Assembly: GCF_031583145.1 (NCBI RefSeq)
Contig: NZ_CP134050.1
Span: 685,739-717,738 of the forward strand
From: Brevibacillus brevis
Lineage (GTDB): Bacteria > Bacillota > Bacilli > Brevibacillales > Brevibacillaceae
DNA length: 32,000 bases
Direction: 5' to 3'
A program made the translations under genes and the position numbers. Of this stretch, positions 18,566-26,299 are shown piece after piece. Every line of letters starts with the position of its first letter. Within the stretch, counting starts at the first letter, position 1. A model generated the notes under the pieces. The model was not told where the DNA came from, did no database searches, and saw nothing but the letters and a program-made list of their open reading frames with translations.

Positions 18566-18994
18566 TTAGCAAAGTGAAGCTAAAAACGAATCCAGTATTT
18601 CCGTGTGTTTTTCTGAAGGAAGGTACTCATCTTTCTCCCATCCCCAAATCATCCGTGAGCTTACTCCCATTAACTTCCCGAACTCTTTTTTGGTGTATCC
18701 ATGATACAGACGGGCTTTTTTTATCCGTTGCCCAAGTGTCTCTTCCGGGAGATCCTCGAAACAGCCAAGAAACGCAATGGAAACACCGAGCGCTTTAGAT
18801 AATTTTCTGAGATTGGGCGGGGTGACAGTCGTTTTGTTTTGTTCCGCATTCCTTAACGATACCACGCTGATTCCTGTCCTAGCAGATAGGTCAACAAGAA
18901 GCAAGTTTTTGTCTAACCTAGCACGTCTGAGTCTGCCTCCAGGTGTATCATCTTCGGGTAAAGGTGGCGATAACGAAACATTCTTCTTAATCAC
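18566..18994 (-). CDS. XRE-family regulator with two helix-turn-helix modules
   Basis: GGRLRRARLDKNLLLVDLSARTGISVVSLRNAEQNKTTVTPPNLRKLSKALGVSI and LGQRIKKARLYHGYTKKEFGKLMGVSSRMIWGWEKDEYLPS. The ORF is open to 19045 but that part overlaps yifB DNA. Confidence 0.75.
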   Translation of the reverse strand: MIKKNVSLSPPLPEDDTPGGRLRRARLDKNLLLVDLSARTGISVVSLRNAEQNKTTVTPPNLRKLSKALGVSIAFLGCFEDLPEETLGQRIKKARLYHGYTKKEFGKLMGVSSRMIWGWEKDEYLPSEKHTEILDSFLASLC

Positions 18995-19013
18995 AATTTC
19001 AAAGGTGTTATCT

Positions 19014-19503
19014 GAACCCTTGTCCGTGCGGATTTTACGGCACAAGGGAACAGATCGAATGTTGCTGTTCGCCGCAGCAGGTTCAGCGGTACCGATCTCG
19101 ATTGTCGGGACCGCTATTGGATCGAATCGACATCCACCTGGAGGTGCCCCGCGTACCGGTAGAGGTGCTGGACAGCGGGGGGCGCGAAGAGGCGTCTGCC
19201 GCTATCCTCAGCAGGGTGGAGCAGGCACGTTCCCGGCAAGTCGATCGTATTCCCCATCGAAAAGACTTTCCGTTCAACAGCGGCATGACACCGAGCGATA
19301 TTCGCAAATACGTTGTCCTGGATCAGGAGGGGCAGAAATTGCTCCGCATGGCATTTGAATCCATGGGGTTAAGTGCTCGGGCGTACCACCGGATCGTCAA
19401 GGTGGCGAGGACAATCGCCGATTTGGCAGGCTCTTCAGAGGTACGGGCAGAGCACGTGGCGGAGGCGATTCGCTACCGGGCGATGGAGCGGAAGGTGGTG
19501 TAA
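19014..19503 (+). pseudogene. yifB: 3' fragment of yifB/comM (Mg-chelatase-like AAA+ protein)
   Basis: In-frame NPCPCGFYGTREQIECCCSPQQVQRYRSRLSGPLLDRIDIHLEVPRV...NSGMTPSDIRKYVVLDQEGQKLLRMAFESMGLSARAYHRIVKVARTIADLAGSSEVRAEHVAEAIRYRAMER; no homology upstream of NPCPCG. Confidence 0.9.
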
Positions 19504-19627
19504 CAGATATATAACTAAATAGGGCTTGCTGAACGAATGAAAAATTGAGTAACCACAAGGGTTTTGCCCCGTTTTCATCGAAGTCATGTGCAAGGAAATC
19601 GATGATTTTCCTGCAAATTCCTTGCAC

Positions 19628-20046
19628 ATGGAGCGGATATGGATGTACGAATATATCTCTCATCGTGAAAACCAATTGCTTCTCCCCGATGATTTCTTCT
19701 TGCCGTTTGGCGGCAAGTTGAATAAAGAAAATCGCTGGGTCAAACTGGCTCAGTTGGTGCCGTGGGTATATGCGGAGAAAAAGTATGCCAAATCCTTTCG
19801 CAAATCATTTCGTGGACAAAAGGCCGTTTCTATCCGTGTCGCCCTTGGTGCCCTCATCATTCAGGAACGCTTGCAGTTGTCGGACCGGGAAACGGTCCAG
19901 CAGATTGTCGAAAACCCGTATCTGCAATATTTCATCGGGCTGGAAGGCTATCAGGATCATCCGCCGTTCCACCCGTCGCTCATGACGCATTTTCGCAAAC
20001 GTCTGGGCGAGCAAGTTCTCCGCGAAATCAACGAGATCATCGCGGT
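19628..20046 (+). pseudogene. N-terminal part of a DDE transposase (IS1182/IS5-superfamily-like) cut by IS256
   Basis: MYEYISHRENQLLLPDDFFLPFGGKLNKENRWVKLAQLVPW...SFRGQKAVSIRVALGALIIQERLQLSDRETVQQIVENPYLQYFIGLEGY...THFRKRLGEQVLREINEIIA. Confidence 0.8.
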
Positions 20047-20047
20047 T

Positions 20048-21598
20048 GAGTCCGTATAATTGTGTAAAAACAGAATCTCTCTGAAAAATAAGGGAGCCAT
20101 TTCAGTTCCCTCCGGATAGAATGTGGTTGACTAGATAACATTCGAAAGAGAGGGAATTTGAAATGGCTCAATACCAGATTACCGTAGATTCGCAACTTTT
20201 GCATCAGCTTTTTCTCGGCAATTCACAGGATTCGGGAGTGTCCAAGTTGTTGGAATCCGTATTGAACCAAGTCTTGCAGGCACAGGCGACCGAACAGTTG
20301 GGGGCGGAACCCTACGAACGGACAGATGAGCGTCAAGCATATCGAAATGGTACATACCCACATCAATTGACTACACGTGTCGGTACGATCACGCTTCGTG
20401 TCCCTCGCATTCGCGGCGGGAAGTTCTCCACCGAGTTGTTCGCCCGTTATCAACTCAGCGAACAGGCACTGGTGCTGGCTCTCATGGAGATGGTCGTCCA
20501 TGGTGTGTCTACCCGCAAGGTGGCCCAGATCACAGAAGAATTGTGCGGTACGGAGTTTTCCAAATCGACCGTGTCCGATCTTTGCAAACGGTTAGATCCC
20601 ATGGTGACCGCCTGGAATAACCGTCCGCTGCACGCTTCTTCGTTCCCCTTTGTCATCGTCGATGCCCTGTACCTGAAAGTACGCGAAGAAGGACGAGTGC
20701 GGTCACGCGGCACTCTCATCGGGATCGGTGTCAATGCCGACGGATACCGGGAGGTATTGGGCGTTATGCTCGGCGACAGCGAGTCGGAGGCCAGCTGGAG
20801 CGAATTTTTTGGCTGGCTGAAAAGCCGTGGGCTTAAAAAGGCGTCGATCTGATTGTGTCGGATGACCATGGAGGGTTGGTTCGAGCCATCCGCAGGAACT
20901 TCCAAGGGGTGACCTGGCAGCGATGCCAGACGCACTTCATGCGCAACATTCTTGACGCCACACCCAAATCCTTGCAGGACGAGATTCATAGCCGGATTCG
21001 CCCCATTCTGGAGGCACCGGATGCAAAGACGGCACGGATGCTGTTAGAGAAGGTACTGGAGGAGTATGAAACGAAAGCGCCGAAGGCCATGGCTGTCCTG
21101 GAAGCAGGCTTCGAAGATGTCACAGCCGTCTTGGCATTACCGGAAAAGTACCGCAAGCGTCTTCGCACCACCAATCCGATGGAGCGGTTGAATGAGGAAA
21201 TCCGCCGCCGTGAACGCGTGATTCGGATTTTTCCGAATCGAGAGTCTGCCATCCGCTTGATAGGGGCATTGCTCATGGAGATCGACGAGAAGTGGGCAAG
21301 TGGGAAGAAGTATCTGGATACGTCCGACTATCTTGCATGGCGCGAATCGCAAGCAGGATCTCCCGGTTCGAAAGTTACACGCATCGGTTGACCGACGTAG
21401 CCTGTCAAGGCCGCGAAGCGTTCCATTTAGCCTTGACAGGCTGAATGAAACACACTTTTGAAAAACCCAGCAAGAGATTGCTGGGGCTGCCATACGGCGA
21501 GTGACGGGGTGCAGGGGGCGAACTCCCTGCGTCTTCTCCTTCGGGGGACGGAAGGGGGCGTTCTAACCGAGGGAGAATTTACACACAAATATGGACTT
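20048..21598 (+). mobile_element. IS256-family element, copy 2 (full length, transposase frameshifted)
   Basis: Left IR GAGTCCGTATAATTGTGTAAAAAC and right end TTTACACACAAATATGGACTT (revcomp AAGTCCATATTTGTGTGTAAA). Confidence 0.87.
20163..21391 (+). pseudogene. IS256-family Mutator-type transposase, frameshifted at about 20835
   Basis: 20163-20852 (…FFGWLKSRGLKKASI*) continues in another frame as GVDLIVSDDHGGLVRAIRRNFQGVTWQRCQTHFMRNIL...TTNPMERLNEEIRRRERVIRIFPN. Confidence 0.9.
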
Positions 21599-22292
21599 GA
21601 TCAAGGGATGCTAACCAAATCGCGAGTCGCATCAAGCACGCCAAATTCCCTTACATGAAAACGCTCGATCAATTTGAATTCTCGGCGATTCCGTCCCTCA
21701 ATAAGCCCAAATTGCTTCAACTGGCTCGTTGTGAGTACATCGAAAAGGCAGAGAACATCATGTTTATCGGAAACTCTGGCACTGGCAAAACTCATCTCTC
21801 CATTGCACTCGGGAAGGAAGCTTGCCATCATGGCTATTCCGTCCAGTTTTGGACTGCCGCTAAAATATGCAATGAGCTTATGGAAGCTCAGTCCCAAAAG
21901 CGAATTCTCCAGCTAGAGAGGCAATGGTTGAAAACAGATTTGATTATTTTGGATGAAGTCGGGTTTGTCCCTCTCAGTCGGACCGGGGCGGAGTTATTAT
22001 TCCAATTTTGTGCGGCCCGCTATGAGAAAGGAAGCATGATCATTACCAGTAATCTGGAATTTACGGAATGGACACAGATTTTCAAAGATGAGCAAATGAC
22101 GTCAGCCCTGGTTGATCGGCTTACCCATCGTGCCCACATCTTTGCAATGAATGGGGACAGTTATCGCTTTAAACAGAGCATTCAAAGATCGTGATCATGA
22201 AAAAGTTACCCACCCGACGGGTGGATTGATTTTTGCCATGGTGGTCAATTTTTTGATGAGCACTGTGGTCAACATTTTGGTTGACATTCACA
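21599..22292 (+). mobile_element. 3' part of an IS21-family element, distinct from the complete copy
   Basis: Truncated istB plus right-end repeats tggtggtcaatttttt...ctgtggtcaacattttggttgacattcaca, ending in CA where TnsC homology begins. Confidence 0.83.
21655..22194 (+). pseudogene. istB: IstB, N-terminally truncated
   Basis: Upstream in-frame DANQIASRIKHAKFPY then MKTLDQFEFSAIPSLNK...IMFIGNSGTGKTHLSIALG...DLIILDEVGFVPLSRTGAELLFQF...IITSNLEFTEWTQIF. Confidence 0.88.
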
Positions 22293-22840
22293 CCGTTGCA
22301 AAGGATCGGCTGACATTGATTCGCCCGGCTCTCGAGGCGTTACGATCCGGCAAGAAAAAACAAATTCAGAATTTCGCCGACATTTATTCCAGTGTGTCCA
22401 TTGACGATTATTTGGATCGGATTGAAGCTGAACAGCGGCAAGCGGAACGATTGGAATTGATTCGGAATGAACTTGGTTACGACGTTGTGGAACAAACCGT
22501 GAATGAAGTCTGCGCATGGCTTGTTGAGGCGGGGATTGATCAACTGTCAGCGAAGCAATCGGCCGAGAAGGTTGTAAAGGCGTTTTTGAACGAACTTGAT
22601 AGTGTAGACCTACATAAGGAGGCCTTAAAGCTGGCTTTACAAACTCCGACTGTGCCATCAAGTTCTTCGCCTAAGCAACGCGGAAGAAGCAGTTCAAGAG
22701 TGATTCCGACCGAGCCTGACGATTTGAGAGTAATCGTATCACAAGGGAAAAAGAAGAAGTTGTCAGCTTACGAGGCGCTGAAGGCAGCCGGATATATTAA
22801 AAATCCTTTGGAGTTCCTTAATGAGGCATTGAACCCATGA
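22293..22840 (+). pseudogene. tnsC: Tn7-like TnsC, C-terminal part only (N-terminal ATPase domain lost at the IS21 junction)
   Basis: KDRLTLIRPALEALRSGKKKQIQNFADI parallels Tn7 TnsC ...[61 protein letters not shown] parallels its C-terminus. ATGA overlap with tnsD. Confidence 0.8.
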
Positions 22841-24606
22841 ATGAACGGTTTCCAATTCCAATTCCGTATCCAGATGAGCTCTTATACGGCGTGATCAGTC
22901 GGTATCACTTAAGGGCTAATAACACAAGTCCAAAATGCACGTTTAAAGAAGTGTATGGCACGAAGAATGTCATCCCGACAATTGACCTGCCAAGTCATAT
23001 CGAGGCATTTTCGCGTAGAAGTATGTGGCATGAAATGACAGCCGATGATTGGATCAAAGACCACACTTTTTATCCGTATTATTCTCCCTTCTTGCCAAAG
23101 GATCGTGCCAATCGTTTAAAGCAACTCATGAAAGGGCCGGATGGTTCGGGGATACATGCACTTGTTGGGATTACCGCCAGTACAGTGGATAGGAGCGGTG
23201 ATTTACGGTTCTGTTCACAATGCTATAAAGAAGATATCCATCAATTTGGGGAACCGTATTGGCACCGCATTCACCAGTTGCCGGGAGTATGGGTTTGTCC
23301 GGTTCATCGGGATGTTCTGCATCGGATGACATACCCGGTTTCAGATCGATATGGGTTGACCGTTCTCCCTATTTCGAAGAAGATGTTCGGCTCAGTACCG
23401 ATTGTCGCCAACTTGTCAGGTAAAACAATCAATCAGCTTTCAGACATCGCAAGAGACATTCAGGCATTAATGCAAACCAACGATTTGCCAGTTCTTTATG
23501 AATCCAGGAACATATTTCTACCACGCTTACGGAAGCAAGGGTATGTAACCGCAGGCGGGCGTATTCGCCAGCAAAAACTTGAGGAACAGTTCGTCATTTG
23601 CTATGGGAGAGAGCTGCTGGAGATGCTGGGCAGCCTTCCATACGGTAAGGACTACACATGGCTGAATCTGGCGACAAGGTCCGCCCGGCGGGCGATTCAT
23701 CCGCTGCGGCAGATGCTGCTGATCCGTTTTTTATACGGGTCATTCAATGGATTTTTAGAACAATCCGAGGTGGATGACGCACCCTTCGGTAAAGGGCCAT
23801 GGCCATGTCTGAACAAAGCAGCGGAACATTATCGAACCTCAATAATAACGGACCTGCGCATTACGCGTTGTACAGATACCGGCCGGCCTGTAGGAACCTT
23901 TACTTGTGAATGCGGCTTCGCCTATTCAAGACGAGGACCGGATCAATCCGAAGAAGATAAATACCGCAGAGGGCGTATCAAATCGTTTGGTCCTGTTTGG
24001 ATGGATAAGCTTCAGGTACATTTGCGAGAGGGCATTTCCTATCGTTCCATGGCAGCGTTATTGGGGGTTGATACGAATACAGTCATGAAGTACGCCAAAG
24101 GTACGGTGACAACACGCAACTTGGAACCTGCATTATTAGAGAGTCCAAGAAAATCTTTCAAACCTGTCCGATCCAAGGGATCTAAACATACACGAGTCGA
24201 CTGGGGGAAACGTGATCTGGAGCTAAGTTGGATTGTCGAGGAAGCATGTAGAAGGATGTTATCCGATCGCAAAAATAAACCTGTCAGAATTACGATTTCA
24301 GCGATAGGCAAACGAATCGGGAAACTGAGTTTGCTAGAAAAGCAAAAACAAAAGCTCCCTGTAACGATGGCAGTCTTGTCCGGCTACCTTGAGTCTACAT
24401 CTCAATTTCAAATTAGAAGAGTTCGATGGGCTGCTGAACAAATGGCTGGCGAATGGCCCATAAAACGGTGGAAACTTGTGAAAAAAGCCGGACTGCGACC
24501 AGGATATGCCCAAGAGGTATCTGATGAAATCGATCGTTGTATTGGACAAGGGGCTGCAATAAACCGAATTGCATCTGCTGAGGTGACACCATTATGGCTG
24601 CATTGA
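22837..24606 (+). CDS. tnsD: TniQ-family target-selection protein TnsD
   Basis: FPIPIPYPDELLYGVISRYHLRANNTSPKCTFKEVYG; zinc-finger-like RFCSQCYKEDIHQFGEPYWHRIHQLPGVWVCPVHRDVL; C-terminal FTCECGFAYSRRG and HTH-like repeats. Confidence 0.93.
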   Translation: MNERFPIPIPYPDELLYGVISRYHLRANNTSPKCTFKEVYGTKNVIPTIDLPSHIEAFSRRSMWHEMTADDWIKDHTFYPYYSPFLPKDRANRLKQLMKGPDGSGIHALVGITASTVDRSGDLRFCSQCYKEDIHQFGEPYWHRIHQLPGVWVCPVHRDVLHRMTYPVSDRYGLTVLPISKKMFGSVPIVANLSGKTINQLSDIARDIQALMQTNDLPVLYESRNIFLPRLRKQGYVTAGGRIRQQKLEEQFVICYGRELLEMLGSLPYGKDYTWLNLATRSARRAIHPLRQMLLIRFLYGSFNGFLEQSEVDDAPFGKGPWPCLNKAAEHYRTSIITDLRITRCTDTGRPVGTFTCECGFAYSRRGPDQSEEDKYRRGRIKSFGPVWMDKLQVHLREGISYRSMAALLGVDTNTVMKYAKGTVTTRNLEPALLESPRKSFKPVRSKGSKHTRVDWGKRDLELSWIVEEACRRMLSDRKNKPVRITISAIGKRIGKLSLLEKQKQKLPVTMAVLSGYLESTSQFQIRRVRWAAEQMAGEWPIKRWKLVKKAGLRPGYAQEVSDEIDRCIGQGAAINRIASAEVTPLWLH

Positions 24607-26207
24607 CATTGCGTTCATGGCCGTTTCCGGATAATCAGGGGGTTGAGTTATTTTGGTTCGGGTCCCCTTTCATGGACTACAAAGGGAATTGGAGAGTTCG
24701 AGTCGCATTTCGGACGGAAACCGGGGACTTGAAAGTTGTATCCTACCCATGGGGAACAGTACCTTATTTGCGCATGGGACAAGTCTACACCAACGGAGTA
24801 TTTGATCAAATCAAGCCATTGGAAGGCATTGTACATAGAATAACGATAAGCAGCTTGGATCAAGGTTTGATGAGCAATGGGTTTAAATTGCCCAAGCGTT
24901 TGATTGACTTCCGTCAAAATCCGGAGCTTGGGCTTCAGAAAATTATTCAGTTTCAGTTTGACGGGATGATTTATTGCTTTCCAGTGTTCGAATTCATTCG
25001 AGCCATGTTTATTAACTCCAGGTATTTGGCGTATTATTTAATGCAGCCGCACGGTCTGGAAATGTTGATCGATAACAGCGATATGAGAGGAACAACTCTG
25101 TATTTTGATTTGAGTTTTCGTGTACCGGCCAAATTGGCAAGCGAAAGTAACGCACGTCACCTATCCTGGATTTACATCGATCCCGCTATTCGTACCATGT
25201 GGGATTCCGTTTATCAATTGATGTTTAATCAAGCGATCAAGGACTCGCCTCAGAATCCGAGCGCCAGAATGAAGAAGGGAATTCCGCTTGGCGTTGAGCT
25301 CCCGGCTGTTGGTCCTCTTGAGTTTCACGTTCGAGGAGAACAATTCAATAACTACTTCTTGGTGAAAGAAATTCTCGGCATTGGCGGTTTTAAGCATCCG
25401 GCGGAAGAAATCGTCTTTTGGCACCCATCGAAGAAACGCCGTGAGTCGATTTCAGGAGATAAACAAGTTCGAGTTACGTCCGGATCTGAAAATAAAGACT
25501 ACATATTGAATGATCAAAGCGAAAATGCCAGGGAAAACACGCGGCAAGATGTATTGGAGGCCCCTCCTACGTTTATGCGTTTCTCCAATTATCCGAGAGT
25601 TACTACTCGTCGAGAGGATGTGAGGCATTCCCATACCGGCAACGACGTGATCATCACCTCCGGGAGAGGCGGGAAGAACTCAGGAGGATTAGAGGAAGTA
25701 AGCACACAGGATTCAATGGTCGGCGGTGATACGCCTCCTATCGATTTTCAGACGCTTGAAACTATACCAATTACAGAGGCTATCGGTCTTGAATCTTTTT
25801 TCGAAATGACTCAAATCTTGAAGCATGTCTTTCCCGGTCATATCCGGATGTCTGTGCTCAGGATTCCTCCCGGCAAAAGATTTTCTGTATGTCCAAACGG
25901 TTCCCGACGAACATGTGCGATCGTACAGGCGGATCATGGTATCACGACTAAGTTTATTGTCGAAGTGGCCCGGCCGGATGATTGGTCCATTTCGACATTG
26001 ATCCTCCACCCAACCCCGCAGATTTCACTAAAGACAGTTGAGCGTGATATTAAGTTACTCCTTGAAGGGCTTGTTCAAAAAGGCGGTCACTGGGATCAGA
26101 ACATTTTAAACCAATGCAACGGCTTCAATATCGAAAAGGTTAAACATTATCAGAGTGACTCAGTTAGGGATTGGGCGTATCGGATAAACGGGAAATTATC
26201 CGGCTAG
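24594..26207 (+). CDS. tnsE: Tn7-like transposition protein TnsE
   Basis: Collinear with Tn7 TnsE: YCFPVFEFIRAMFINSRYLAYYLM / YHIPQLELARSLFLINSYF; LEFHVRGEQFNNYFLVKEILGI / LHVKGRSSNEDKDYLVEEIVGL; APPTFMRFSNYPRVTTRRE / EPTWISFSRPSRIEKSRR. Overlaps the tnsD stop by 13 nt. Confidence 0.82.
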   Translation: MAALTLRSWPFPDNQGVELFWFGSPFMDYKGNWRVRVAFRTETGDLKVVSYPWGTVPYLRMGQVYTNGVFDQIKPLEGIVHRITISSLDQGLMSNGFKLPKRLIDFRQNPELGLQKIIQFQFDGMIYCFPVFEFIRAMFINSRYLAYYLMQPHGLEMLIDNSDMRGTTLYFDLSFRVPAKLASESNARHLSWIYIDPAIRTMWDSVYQLMFNQAIKDSPQNPSARMKKGIPLGVELPAVGPLEFHVRGEQFNNYFLVKEILGIGGFKHPAEEIVFWHPSKKRRESISGDKQVRVTSGSENKDYILNDQSENARENTRQDVLEAPPTFMRFSNYPRVTTRREDVRHSHTGNDVIITSGRGGKNSGGLEEVSTQDSMVGGDTPPIDFQTLETIPITEAIGLESFFEMTQILKHVFPGHIRMSVLRIPPGKRFSVCPNGSRRTCAIVQADHGITTKFIVEVARPDDWSISTLILHPTPQISLKTVERDIKLLLEGLVQKGGHWDQNILNQCNGFNIEKVKHYQSDSVRDWAYRINGKLSG

Positions 26208-26234
26208 ACAATAGATGTTTGATTTATTTTGGTA

Positions 26235-26264
26235 TTGAAATACTTGATTCTTGGATGGTATAAT
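26235..26264 (+). promoter_or_regulatory. Sigma-A-type promoter for the RM operon
   Basis: TTGAAA (26235-26240), 18-bp spacer, TATAAT (26259-26264). Confidence 0.65.
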
Positions 26265-26299
26265 TTAGTTGGCTATTGGCAGTGAAAGAAGGTGATGAA

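Noticed and set aside
20828-20845. Programmed -1 ribosomal frameshift in the IS256 transposase
   Set aside because: The in-phase heptamer is T AAA AAG, a poor slippery site, and to my knowledge IS256-family transposases are normally a single ORF; a mutation is more likely.
22151-22292. Start of the 229-aa ORF as a natural TnsC N-terminus
   Set aside because: The first ~47 codons are IS21 end DNA read through by chance; TnsC homology begins only after the IS terminus.
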